This document shows positions 1-9,587 of a stretch of 64,000 nt of DNA, in pieces (position 1 is the first letter of the stretch; the number at the start of each line of letters is the position of its first letter). A model generated the notes under the pieces. The model had not been told where the DNA came from. It did no database searches and was given only the letters and a program-made list of their open reading frames with translations. The DNA comes from Candidatus Latescibacterota bacterium. GTDB taxonomy: Bacteria; Latescibacterota; UBA2968; GCA-2709665. The translations under genes were made by a program, and so were the position numbers. The DNA is taken from assembly GCA_965248435.1 (NCBI GenBank), contig OZ252100.1, positions 1,376,001-1,440,000 of the forward strand. Direction: 5' to 3'.

Positions 1-74
1 CCAAAGGCAATGACCCCGCCTCCTTGATTGTTGGAAATCGGGAGTTGGATATTGCGGTCAATTCTATAGCATAT

Positions 75-119
75 AAAAATACCACGGAACGAGGAGTTGC
101 TTCCGTGGTATTCGTTTTT
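75..119. terminator. Intrinsic terminator hairpin, possibly bidirectional
   Basis: AATACCACGGAA(78-89)/TTCCGTGGTATT(101-112) stem with A-run and T-run flanks, downstream of rfbC. Confidence 0.7.
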
Positions 120-138
120 GAACGATGCGGTCCAGCTC

Positions 139-678
139 CTATTCTGGAATTTCCTCCCCCGGAATCTCTCTCAGCCTCCGGTTTGTTACGTCGCGGGGCG
201 ACAGTTCAGGTGACGTTATGCCCCAATCCATCCCGATGTCGGGGTCGTTCCAGGCCACGCCGTATTCGTCCTTTCCATCATAGTAGTTATCGACCAGGTA
301 GGTCAGTACGACCTCTTCCAGGGTCAGAAATCCGTGGGCGACGCCGACCGGGATAAAGAGTCCAGTCGCGTTCTCATCCGACATCTCGAAGGTTTCGTTT
401 GCCAGACGTGTAGATGATGACCGACGAAGGTCCAAGAGGCCCACTCGGATCCGGCCCTTGGCGACGAACCAGTAGTCGATCTGTCTGAAGTGATAATGCA
501 GTCCGCGTAAGACGCCCGGGGCGGAGTAAGAAACGTTCGCCTGCAGGCGATCCCAGGTTCGGTCGGGGAACCAGTCCCTGCGAAAGGTCTCCACGAATCG
601 GCCCCGCTCGTCGCCGAAAGGAGTCAGGGCAACGTGTTGAACACCTTCGATCTTACTCGATTCCTCTAGATTCCCCAT
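139..678 (-). CDS. rfbC: dTDP-4-dehydrorhamnose 3,5-epimerase
   Basis: DERGRF, QANVSYS..GVLRGLHY, GVAHGF and WNDPDIG motifs; adjacent to rfbB. Confidence 0.92.
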   Translation of the reverse strand: MGNLEESSKIEGVQHVALTPFGDERGRFVETFRRDWFPDRTWDRLQANVSYSAPGVLRGLHYHFRQIDYWFVAKGRIRVGLLDLRRSSSTRLANETFEMSDENATGLFIPVGVAHGFLTLEEVVLTYLVDNYYDGKDEYGVAWNDPDIGMDWGITSPELSPRDVTNRRLREIPGEEIPE

Positions 679-723
679 ACCTGCTTTCGTGATTCTCTCA
701 ATTTGTGATTCGGGATCCGGTGG

Positions 724-1737
724 TCAGCCCCATTTCCCTTCGTCAACCTGGAGCCTCGTTAGCAGAGGCTCCCACCATTCTCGATTATCCTTATACCATA
801 GGACCGTCTCCTTGAACCCTTCTTCAAACTGGAACTCCGGCTCCCACCCAAGCTCGCCTCGAATCTTGCTGCAATCGAGCAGGTATCGCCGATCGTGTCC
901 GGGACGATCCGGCACGTAGATCTTGAACGACGCGTCAAGGTCCAGGATGCTCAAAATCGTGTCGGCCACGGTCTCGATGTCGACCTCCACTCCGCTACCT
1001 ACATTGTAGGTCTCCCCGATCCTCCCATCTTTCAGGATGAGCTCTATTGCTTTGCAGTGATCGATGGCGTGTAGCCACTCCCGCTTGTTCCGGCTGCTCT
1101 TGTAGAGCGTCATCTTCTCGTTTTCCAGAACCCTGATCGTGAAGTGCGGGATAAGTTTCTCGGGAAATTGGTAAGGTCCGTAATTATTCGAGCAGTTCGA
1201 GATCGTTATCGGCAGGTCAAATGTTTCGTGATACGCTCGAACCGCCAGGTCAGCAGATGCCTTCGAGGCGTTGTAGGGTGTTCTAGGAAGGTAGGGAGAG
1301 GTTTCCGAAAACTTGGCGTCCGAATCGAGCGGTAAGTCGCCGTAGACTTCGCACGTCGAAATGTGGTGAAACCGGGGAACGCCGGTGTCTACAGCCGCCT
1401 GTAGAAGGCTCTGTGTTCCCATAACATTCGTTTCAAAGAAAAGTCCGGGATCCACGACTGCGCGGCTATTGTGAGATTCGGCCGCAAAATTTACGACGTA
1501 GTCGGGTTCGTGTTTCTCGAAGAGGCGACTCGTGAGCTCAAGATTCCCGATGTCTCCCTGATGGAAGGTGTATCGATCCGCGTGGGCCCTCTCGACATCT
1601 CTCAGACTGTCCAGATTTCCCGCGTAGGTAAGCGAATCATAGTTGACGACGGAATCATCCGGGTGTGTGGACAGCCAGTAGCGGATGAAATTCGAACCGA
1701 TGAATCCCGCCCCACCGGTGACGAATAGCGTAGCCAT
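724..1737 (-). CDS. rfbB: dTDP-glucose 4,6-dehydratase
   Basis: TGGAGFIG, AAESH, YNASK, SNNYGPYQFPEK, DRPGHDRRY. Confidence 0.95.
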   Translation of the reverse strand: MATLFVTGGAGFIGSNFIRYWLSTHPDDSVVNYDSLTYAGNLDSLRDVERAHADRYTFHQGDIGNLELTSRLFEKHEPDYVVNFAAESHNSRAVVDPGLFFETNVMGTQSLLQAAVDTGVPRFHHISTCEVYGDLPLDSDAKFSETSPYLPRTPYNASKASADLAVRAYHETFDLPITISNCSNNYGPYQFPEKLIPHFTIRVLENEKMTLYKSSRNKREWLHAIDHCKAIELILKDGRIGETYNVGSGVEVDIETVADTILSILDLDASFKIYVPDRPGHDRRYLLDCSKIRGELGWEPEFQFEEGFKETVLWYKDNREWWEPLLTRLQVDEGKWG

Positions 1738-1756
1738 GATTTCGATCGCCCTCCAC

Positions 1757-2743
1757 CTACAGAAAAAGCTTTCCGGCCAGCACCAGGTAAGCGCAGTAGA
1801 AGAGACAGAGAAACAGACCTTCTACCCGGGTCAGACGGTTTCCAGTACGCATCAGCACCAACATCGTGAACACGATGAACAGCATCGCGGGAAAAGAGAA
1901 GTGGATCACCTTTTGCCCAACAATCAGGGGATTAACTGTGGCAGATGCGCCTGCAATCCAGCAGATGTTCAAGATATCCGCACCCAGGATATTGCCCACC
2001 GCAATCGCCCCGTGCCCCTTGCGGGCGGCTATCACCGCCGTAGCGATCTCTGGAAGGGATGTACCGATGGCGACGACTGTCAGCCCGATCACGGCCTCGC
2101 CAACCCCCAGATACTGGGAGATCGCCACCGCGGATTTTACGATGCCCTCACTCGCAATCAGGACACCGACCAATCCAAGACCGAACCAAAGCATCAGCGT
2201 GCTCAGGCCACGCCCGCTGATCGTTTCTTCAATCTCCTCCAAATCTTCTAGTTCAGCTTCTGATTCGGACGATTTCCTTCTCGTGAGATAAGCAAAGAAA
2301 AGGTAGGCCCCAAAGAGGGCAAGGAGAACGGCTCCCTCGGTACGATCGAGCGTGCCATCAAAGGCCATGGCATAGGCGACCAGATCTACGGAAACAAGAA
2401 AAATCCCGGTCGTCTTCAGCAGGTAAGGATTGATAAGGATGGGTGAGTGGGCGAACAAAGCCCCTAAACCGAGCGCCAGGCCGTCATCCGCGATAACAGA
2501 TCCGACCGCGTTTCCGAGCGCGATCTCAGGGTGCCCTGTCATCGCAGATCGAATCGACACAAACAGTTCGGGCGCCGTCGTCGCCAGGCTGACCAGTACG
2601 ATCCCGATCAGAATCTTCGGGACGTTTAAATGCTCGGCAATCCCCACAGCGCCGTCTACAAACCAGGAAGCACACTTGGAAAGAACGAGAAAGCAGACAA
2701 CAAGAAGCCCGAGGGCGACCGGCAGGCTCAATGTTCCCTCCAT
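1757..2743 (-). CDS. Calcium/sodium antiporter (YrbG/CaCA family)
   Basis: Two alpha-repeats (ATTAPE, GTSLPE..GNILG); multiple TM helices. Confidence 0.9.
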   Translation of the reverse strand: MEGTLSLPVALGLLVVCFLVLSKCASWFVDGAVGIAEHLNVPKILIGIVLVSLATTAPELFVSIRSAMTGHPEIALGNAVGSVIADDGLALGLGALFAHSPILINPYLLKTTGIFLVSVDLVAYAMAFDGTLDRTEGAVLLALFGAYLFFAYLTRRKSSESEAELEDLEEIEETISGRGLSTLMLWFGLGLVGVLIASEGIVKSAVAISQYLGVGEAVIGLTVVAIGTSLPEIATAVIAARKGHGAIAVGNILGADILNICWIAGASATVNPLIVGQKVIHFSFPAMLFIVFTMLVLMRTGNRLTRVEGLFLCLFYCAYLVLAGKLFL

Positions 2744-2750
2744 CAGGGCT

Positions 2751-3530
2751 TCAAACCGCGAAAACCGCGCTTGGCCTGTCCTGCTCCGCCACGGTCAGTC
2801 GTAAATCGGGAAAACCAAGCTGATTCAGGTTTCCCCGGCAAGTCCGCCGGGCCAGGTGAGGTTGATTGTTTTTGTCACTCAGATGGGCAAGTACGGCGTG
2901 CTCCAGGCCATCCTGAGCCAATCGACAAAGAGTCTCTGCCGCCCGATCGTTCGATAGATGTCCCCGGCTTCCGCTGATTCGCCGTTTCAGATTCCACGGA
3001 TAAGGCCCGTTCATCAACAGGTCACGGTCGTAATTCGCCTCTATCACAACCAGATCGGCAATCTTCAGCCGTTCGTAGACGAGATGGGTCACGGTGCCCA
3101 TATCTGTTGCAATCCCCAGAACCTGATCGCCCTCTCTAACCAGAAAATTTACCGGATCGGCTGCGTCGTGAGACAGGGCAAAGGGCTGGAAAGAGAGGTC
3201 GCCTACGTTGAAATTTTCGTCATTTCCAAAGAGGTGAATCCGTTCGCGGCCGCGAAACCATTTCTTACCCGAATTAAACGTGCCTTCGGTCATCCATATC
3301 GGGACTCCAAATCGACGCGCGAGTACACCGACACCTTTGATGTGATCTGTATGCTCGTGTGTTACGACAATCGCCTGGAGTTCAGATGGGTCCACGCCGA
3401 TAGATACAAGCCGTTCTCCGATCCGCTTGCCGACCAGGCCAGCATCGATCAAAACACGCGTCTGCCCCTTGCGCACGTAGATTGAGTTTCCGGAGCTCCC
3501 ACTGCCCAGCACACAGACTTCCATGGACAT
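2751..3530 (-). CDS. MBL-fold metallo-hydrolase (YycJ/WalJ-like)
   Basis: GSGSSGN, THEHTDH, HDA, EANYD, GHLSN, HLS. Confidence 0.9.
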   Translation of the reverse strand: MSMEVCVLGSGSSGNSIYVRKGQTRVLIDAGLVGKRIGERLVSIGVDPSELQAIVVTHEHTDHIKGVGVLARRFGVPIWMTEGTFNSGKKWFRGRERIHLFGNDENFNVGDLSFQPFALSHDAADPVNFLVREGDQVLGIATDMGTVTHLVYERLKIADLVVIEANYDRDLLMNGPYPWNLKRRISGSRGHLSNDRAAETLCRLAQDGLEHAVLAHLSDKNNQPHLARRTCRGNLNQLGFPDLRLTVAEQDRPSAVFAV

Positions 3531-3539
3531 CGAACCACC

Positions 3540-4766
3540 CTAGTAGTACGCTACACTCGCAAACGAGACGAGAGACTGCCCCTTTTCATCTATGGTCCGG
3601 TCGTGCTTCAGCACGACACCGCGTTCCGCTTCGATGGCTTGAAGCATGGTGTAGATAGAAGAAGTCCCACAGACCCGGTTCCGATCGCCTTCTCGCACGA
3701 TCGCATCGAAAAACCCTTCCGCATCAACCGCCTCTGCCGCCCTGAGAAGCTCCTGATCCGATTTTTCAACCCGATCGATAAAGGTCTCAGACAGGTCCTC
3801 TTCGTCGCCGAACCGAGCACCGACGTGGCTGAAATCCACGCCCGCGATAAAACAAACGCGGCTTTCCAGCCCTTCGATAGTAAGCCTCAGCGCTTCCAGA
3901 AAGTTCGAAACGGATGAGGATGCCAACGGCGAACACTTTTCAACAACCATTTCGTGAAAAGTTCCGATCAGGACCGGAACAAAAGTGATATCGCGATCCG
4001 GATACAGGTACTTCAAGAAGAGGGTCTGAAACTCGATGGAGTGTTCAGACCGATGCGAAAACTCATCTTCGAACAGATCCTCGGCGGCGTGGTGGGACAA
4101 CCGGTCGATGACCTCCTGGTCCGCCTTCAATGTCCCAAAGGGCGTTTCAAAATCTTTCCTGCTCAGCACAAAGCTGCGTCTCGCAGAATGTCCCGTTCCG
4201 AATACGAAGAAGATGTCTGGCGGCGGTGCCTCGGCAAGGGCCTTGTAGGCCCACGCGAAACAGGGTCCTCCCCGGTTGAAATCGATATGCGGTGCGATCA
4301 GCCCTCGAATCGGCGCTCGGCCGTTGGTTGCTTCAGGGACCCCAGGTCCCTCGGGGGAAAGAAAAAAACCGTCCATCATCTTCCTGAGAGCATCTGCCTC
4401 GTTCGGGTAAGAAGCACCTGCGTGGGCCGCCTGCCTTACGGACGCGGCTCGGAATCCGGCCACTGCGTCTTCCCGAAATTGTCTATAGCGTTCGCTGTCA
4501 AGAAAATAGACCTCGTCCATCTTCAGGACGAGCTCTTCGATTTGCTGTCGATTCACCGTCGACTGATCGAATTTACGATTGAACGCAGCAGCCAGGTCAT
4601 CGATCGAATGCTGCCCGTCGAACAGTGTAAGCAGATAGTAGACGTGATACGGCACGGCGAGGCCCTGATCCGTCAAACCCTCGGGATCCTTCATGTAGAT
4701 CAGCTTCTGCCCCTCGGCCTCGACTGGAACCGCTTCCAGATACCTGATTTTCGGTCTATCGTCCAT
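3540..4766 (-). CDS. AmmeMemoRadiSam system protein B (MEMO1 family) with N-terminal extension
   Basis: RQAAHAGASYP, APHID, EHSIEFQ, DFSHVG, VCG, VSFAS. Confidence 0.88.
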   Translation of the reverse strand: MDDRPKIRYLEAVPVEAEGQKLIYMKDPEGLTDQGLAVPYHVYYLLTLFDGQHSIDDLAAAFNRKFDQSTVNRQQIEELVLKMDEVYFLDSERYRQFREDAVAGFRAASVRQAAHAGASYPNEADALRKMMDGFFLSPEGPGVPEATNGRAPIRGLIAPHIDFNRGGPCFAWAYKALAEAPPPDIFFVFGTGHSARRSFVLSRKDFETPFGTLKADQEVIDRLSHHAAEDLFEDEFSHRSEHSIEFQTLFLKYLYPDRDITFVPVLIGTFHEMVVEKCSPLASSSVSNFLEALRLTIEGLESRVCFIAGVDFSHVGARFGDEEDLSETFIDRVEKSDQELLRAAEAVDAEGFFDAIVREGDRNRVCGTSSIYTMLQAIEAERGVVLKHDRTIDEKGQSLVSFASVAYY

Positions 4767-4934
4767 CGTTCACAAAGGTCCTTCTTACCAAAAAAAGCCC
4801 CATCCAAATTCCTCCGGATGGGGCTCCGAAGCACATCGTCGTGCCCTAAATCGAAGGTAGGGTCCAGCAGATGATAAGTCAAGCTATTTCTGAGCAGATA
4901 CTTGATTTAGGCGATTCGGTGCCACTGTTTTTCT

Positions 4935-7235
4935 CTACCTGGCGGCGACCCTGGCGACCCAAATACTGATTTCATAAAGCACGATGAGAGGTACGGCCAT
5001 CATCAATTGAGAAATCGGGTCGGGAGGCGTCAGGAGCGCGGCCAAAACAAACCCGGCCAGGATGGCGTAGCGGCGTCCCGCCCTCATCTTGGCCGCGGTC
5101 AGCAATCCCACCTTACTCAGAAAAAAGGTCGCCACGGGCAGCTCGAACACGACACCGAACGCGAGAAGCAGGCGAAGCACGAAACCGATATACATTCCGA
5201 TATCAAACTGAGGGGTTATTCCAGTGCCGGACGTCATCCCGACGAGGAAAACGAGGGCGATCGGTATCACGGCGAAGTAGGCGACGGCGGCGCCTGCCGC
5301 GAAGCAGAACGCTGAGGAACCGATGATAAAAATCACATAGCGTTGCTCATTTCCGTAGAGCCCGGGCGCGACGAACATCCAGAACTGGTGAAGCACGAGG
5401 GGCAGAGCAAGCAGGAAGCCGCCGACGAGCGCGATGTTAAGCCTGACGACAAACATCCCGATCGGTTTGAGGGTGATGAGTTCGGGACTGACCTTCATTC
5501 CCTGCACGGGCAGTGTCAGAAGTTTTAGAAGCTCATCCGAAAAAACGGCACACAGGATCGCTCCGGCCACGATTGCTGCCAGTGATTTCAAGATGTGCCA
5601 CCTGAGTTCCTCCAGGTGGTCCAGAAACGGCATCGCCTTCTCCCCTTCGGGGATCGAAGGTTCCGGATCCCGCGCAGGAACCTGTCCAACCGCGGCCTTT
5701 GGAAGGATGGTTCGCTCTTCAAACGTGCTGCCTGGAGGGAAAAAAGAAAGCCCGAGCAGCGCGACCGCAAGCAGCCCGCAGACCTGTGAAAATAGATCTC
5801 CGTATTGCGTGTAGAAGGTCATCTGAGTGCGCGCGGCAACCGTTCCAATGAGCAGGGCTTCGTGAAAGATACCCGTGGTCTGGTCCTTCCTTCCCAGTGG
5901 GTCGATCAACGTGGAAACGCCCGTATTCGCACAACGAACGACCGCCCGCCGATTTTCAATTGCCCTGAAAACTGCCGCCTCGGCGTGCTGATACGGACCG
6001 GAGGTCCTTCCAAACCATCCGTCGTTCGTAATTACGACAAGATACTCGGCTCCCCTCGATACCAACTCCCTAACAAAACCTGGGAAAACAGAATCGAAGC
6101 AGATGAGTGCCGAAAACCTGGCTCCTGGTCCATCGAAGACGGTCAGTTGTTTGCCCGAATCAAAATTGCCACTCACGTAGCCGGCTCCCGTAAATCTGAT
6201 CTTACGTAAAAACGGAAGGAGCTCGGGAAAAGGGGCGCGTTCGCCGAACGGGACCAGCTTGATCTTGTCGTACCTCTGCAGGGAAGACTGGCCGGGCGAC
6301 AACAGGAATGAAGAGTTGTAAGATCTAACGGGCGGGCCTGCCTCCACGCGATGTGCGCCCGTGTAGAGATAGACCTGAAGAGAATCCACATAGGCCTGAA
6401 GCCGGTCTCTGTAGCGCCGGTGGAATTCACTCTCCAGGTAGGCCTTCGTGGCTGTCTCTGGCCAGACAACGAGATCGACGCCGCTTTCCACTGCAGGACG
6501 CGTCAGCTCCTGCAGGATGTTGAAATTGTATTCAAATCCCAGGTCCTGCTTGGCGAGGGGCGGGATGTTGGGTTGTACCGCTCCTATTGATACGGGACGC
6601 CCGTCTAGTGGCGTTGAGAGCCGAAGCAGACCGTAAAGCGTGGGAACTCCGAACAGAACGATGAGCGCCACGACACCTGCAGCCAAGCGTAATCGTTGCC
6701 GCACGATCGCGAGCACCGTCAAATTCACGACGACGATCCAGAAGGAAACGCCGAAGACGCCGGTAAACTCGGCATACTGAATCAACGGGAGATACTCCGT
6801 CTGCGTGATTCCGAGCAGTGCCCACGGAAAACCCATGTCGCCGATCGAACTGAAGTATTCGAAGGCCACCCATATGAAGGGCGTGCTCCAAAAGCCCAGG
6901 ACTCCGAACCGCCTAACCACTCTGCTCAGCACCCATAGAAAAAGCCCTCTAAAGAGGGCCATGTAGACAATCGCGCCGGCCATACCGGGGAGCGTGATCC
7001 AGGAAATCCAATAGATCGTCGCGGAATAAAATACGGTGCCCTGGATCACGCCGGCGCCGAATGCGGCTCGCCCCTGCAGCCGCTCCGCCGAAAGCAGGAG
7101 CGGGATCAGCCCGACGTAAGCCAGGAGTCCGAGAGGAAGCGGAGGGAAGGCTGCAGCTAGGATGAGCCCGGAAATCGCCGGATAGACGAGGAGAAGGGGC
7201 AGGGACTTTCGGCCGCCTGGGGCATCATCCGTCAT
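4935..7235 (-). CDS. lnt-tatC: Fusion of apolipoprotein N-acyltransferase (Lnt) and Tat translocase TatC
   Basis: Lnt triad WPETA / YDKIKLVPFGE / LICFDS plus TNDGWFG, RAIENRR, ANTG; in-frame TatC from MPFLDHLEELR (5633) to LTPPD..LYEISI. Confidence 0.9.
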   Translation of the reverse strand: MTDDAPGGRKSLPLLLVYPAISGLILAAAFPPLPLGLLAYVGLIPLLLSAERLQGRAAFGAGVIQGTVFYSATIYWISWITLPGMAGAIVYMALFRGLFLWVLSRVVRRFGVLGFWSTPFIWVAFEYFSSIGDMGFPWALLGITQTEYLPLIQYAEFTGVFGVSFWIVVVNLTVLAIVRQRLRLAAGVVALIVLFGVPTLYGLLRLSTPLDGRPVSIGAVQPNIPPLAKQDLGFEYNFNILQELTRPAVESGVDLVVWPETATKAYLESEFHRRYRDRLQAYVDSLQVYLYTGAHRVEAGPPVRSYNSSFLLSPGQSSLQRYDKIKLVPFGERAPFPELLPFLRKIRFTGAGYVSGNFDSGKQLTVFDGPGARFSALICFDSVFPGFVRELVSRGAEYLVVITNDGWFGRTSGPYQHAEAAVFRAIENRRAVVRCANTGVSTLIDPLGRKDQTTGIFHEALLIGTVAARTQMTFYTQYGDLFSQVCGLLAVALLGLSFFPPGSTFEERTILPKAAVGQVPARDPEPSIPEGEKAMPFLDHLEELRWHILKSLAAIVAGAILCAVFSDELLKLLTLPVQGMKVSPELITLKPIGMFVVRLNIALVGGFLLALPLVLHQFWMFVAPGLYGNEQRYVIFIIGSSAFCFAAGAAVAYFAVIPIALVFLVGMTSGTGITPQFDIGMYIGFVLRLLLAFGVVFELPVATFFLSKVGLLTAAKMRAGRRYAILAGFVLAALLTPPDPISQLMMAVPLIVLYEISIWVARVAAR

Positions 7236-7405
7236 GCCGATCCCTTGACTGCGTGGAGTTAGCGATCAATAAGGCTTCGAGGGTAAGATTTTCCAGGTGG
7301 CTGTGGGCACTTTCCAAGGAGGAATGCGTAGAATATAAGCGAGCCCAGAATCCTTGTCAAATCTGGGATCGCGGGTTTGACAAACCGCCCTGGCCCATAT
7401 ATCTT

Positions 7406-7537
7406 GCAATTTCGGATCTGGGAATTCGGATTGCTGATTGATGATTCATTGACGCTTCTGTCCTTGTCACCCAAACGTCGCATCGTCATCGGTTCTGCCT
7501 TTCATTCCGCATTCCGCAATCCCCGATCCGCAATCGC
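7406..7537. repeat. Inverted heptamer tandem array (TTCGGAT.. / CCGCA(A/T)T..)
   Basis: ttcggatctgggaattcggattg ... ttccgcattccgcaatccccgatccgcaatc. Confidence 0.6.
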
Positions 7538-7538
7538 C

Positions 7539-8693
7539 ATGCTTCCTTCCCTTTCCACAGAGCTTGAGCGCCTCAGGTCCGAAGGCCTCTATCGCAGCCT
7601 CCGTCAAGTCGAGGGTCCTCCGGGACCCCACTGCAGGGTGATGGGGGTCGAGTACCTCAATTTCTGCTCCAACGACTATCTCGGTTTGGCAACTCACCCC
7701 ACACTCAAGGCCGCAGCAGCGAAGGCCCTGGAAGTCTACGGCTGTAGTGCAACCGCGTCGCGACTCCTCTCGGGCAGTATGCCTCCCCACGCGGAACTCG
7801 AGACCCGCCTAGCCGATTTTCTGAACACCGAGGCCGCCCTCACCTTCCCGACCGGCTACATGGCGAACCTGGGCGCCATTACGTCCCTGGCCGGTTCGGA
7901 GGATGTCGTTTTCAGCGATCGGCTCAACCACGCGAGCATCGTGGATGGCTGCCGGCTCTCGAGGGCGAAGATCATCGTCTACGACCACTGCGACCCGAAT
8001 CATCTTGAGGAATTGATGCAATCCGCGTCGAACATCCGCCGACGTGTCATCGTTACGGATGGTCTCTTCAGTATGGACGGGGACGTGGCGCCGCTGCCTG
8101 AGATAATCGAAATCGCACAGCGAAACGACGCGATTCTAATCGTGGACGACGCACACGCAACCGGGGTTCTGGGCCCGAACGGCAGGGGTTCGCCAGAGCA
8201 TTTCGACCTGCCGGGCGTCGACGTCCTGACCTCGTCCGGGAGCATTGCTCTGGGCTCAACAGGAGGTTTCGTGGCTGGCCGACAGGACCTGATCGACCTG
8301 CTGATCAACCGGGCCAGAACTTTCGTGTATACGACCGCCCTTTCCCCGGATGCCTGCGCAGCCACTGCGGCGGCCCTGGACCTGATCGATGCAGACCCTT
8401 CGATTCGTGGCCGACTGTGGAGAAATCTACAAATCGCTCGCGAGGGCTTGTGCCGTCTCGGGTTTGATCTCATGAGTTCTCGAACCCAGATTATTCCGAT
8501 CCTCATCGGCGATCCGAATCGAACGATGGCCATCTCGGAAGCCCTCCTCGAACAGAGGATCCTCCTATCCGGGATTCGCCCTCCAACCGTACCGGAAAAT
8601 CAGAGCCGCCTGCGCCTTTCGTTAACTTCCGAGCACAGCCAGGAAGACATCGAACACCTATTGGAAGCACTCGAGACGGTCCGAAGCATTTGA
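7539..8693 (+). CDS. bioF: 8-amino-7-oxononanoate synthase-like (BioF); Schiff-base Lys replaced by Ile
   Basis: NFCSNDYLGL, GYMAN, NHASI, SMDGD, DDAHATG, IRPPTVP; SSGSIALG where GTLSKALG is expected. Confidence 0.85.
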   Translation: MLPSLSTELERLRSEGLYRSLRQVEGPPGPHCRVMGVEYLNFCSNDYLGLATHPTLKAAAAKALEVYGCSATASRLLSGSMPPHAELETRLADFLNTEAALTFPTGYMANLGAITSLAGSEDVVFSDRLNHASIVDGCRLSRAKIIVYDHCDPNHLEELMQSASNIRRRVIVTDGLFSMDGDVAPLPEIIEIAQRNDAILIVDDAHATGVLGPNGRGSPEHFDLPGVDVLTSSGSIALGSTGGFVAGRQDLIDLLINRARTFVYTTALSPDACAATAAALDLIDADPSIRGRLWRNLQIAREGLCRLGFDLMSSRTQIIPILIGDPNRTMAISEALLEQRILLSGIRPPTVPENQSRLRLSLTSEHSQEDIEHLLEALETVRSI

Positions 8694-8730
8694 GCCTGAC
8701 CTGCGGGCGGCCATCTGTTCAGGAAGACGT

Positions 8731-9531
8731 ATGAACGAAAAGAAAGTCGATTCGGATCCCCTCGAGCGAATTCGGGTTGTCCTGGTCGAGCCCAAAGAGC
8801 CGGGCAATGTCGGATCGGTCGCACGCGCCATGAAGAACATGGGCTTGGCCAAACTCTACCTGGTCAATCCACCTGACTTCGAATCGGGAGATGCTCGGAA
8901 AATGGCTACCGGATCCGGCGACGTCCTCTACGGTGCAACCGTCTCGGACTCTCTGCAGAGCGCGCTCTCCGGGACGGTCCTGTCTGTGGCCACGACCCAC
9001 AGGAGGCGCCAGCACTTCGAGCAACCCTCGAGCCCGCAGGAGGCTGCCCGAAAACTCACTTCCCTGCCGCCCGATGCCGAAGGTGCACTGGTGTTGGGAC
9101 GAGAGGACAGCGGTTTGACGAACGAAGAGCTTCATCTGTGCTCCATGGTGGCAAGGATTCCCACGGCGCAACAGTATCCCTCACTCAACCTCGCCCAGGC
9201 AGCGCTGATCTTCGCCTACGAACTCTCTCGGGCCGCCGCTGCCGGACCCGAGACGCGACGGCAGGACCTCGCTTCGTTCGAACAGGTTGAATCCCTCTAC
9301 GAACACATCGCGTCTGCCCTCGACAAGCTCGGTTTCGTGTCCAGCCAGAGGCCCGAGACCTTCATGCACTCCATAAGACGAACCTTCGGACGCATGGCCC
9401 TGGAACGTGCAGAAATTGCGACCCTGCACAAAATTTTTCGGCAAGTAGACAAGTTCGTGGCGCGCACCGGTTTCCAAAACGAACAAAATAGCAATTCGGT
9501 AACTGTCACAAACAAAAAGCGGACACCATAA
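8731..9531 (+). CDS. trmJ: SPOUT RNA methyltransferase, TrmJ/LasT family
   Basis: PGNVGSVARAMKNMG, GREDSGL, SLNLAQA. Confidence 0.85.
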   Translation: MNEKKVDSDPLERIRVVLVEPKEPGNVGSVARAMKNMGLAKLYLVNPPDFESGDARKMATGSGDVLYGATVSDSLQSALSGTVLSVATTHRRRQHFEQPSSPQEAARKLTSLPPDAEGALVLGREDSGLTNEELHLCSMVARIPTAQQYPSLNLAQAALIFAYELSRAAAAGPETRRQDLASFEQVESLYEHIASALDKLGFVSSQRPETFMHSIRRTFGRMALERAEIATLHKIFRQVDKFVARTGFQNEQNSNSVTVTNKKRTP

Positions 9532-9540
9532 GGTGTCCGC
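9514..9540 (-). terminator. Terminator hairpin for the ferredoxin-HTH gene
   Basis: GCGGACACC-ATAA-GGTGTCCGC with an A5 run on + (U-tract on -). Confidence 0.65.
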
Positions 9541-9587
9541 ATAGAAACCACTCCTCGCCCTGGGGGCTTTACGTTCCGGGCTGAGGA

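Noticed and set aside
3540-4766. A complete AmmeMemoRadiSam system
   Set aside because: Only the MEMO1-like protein B is present. The radical SAM at 14220 is an unrelated B12-binding type and no AMMECR1 gene is seen.
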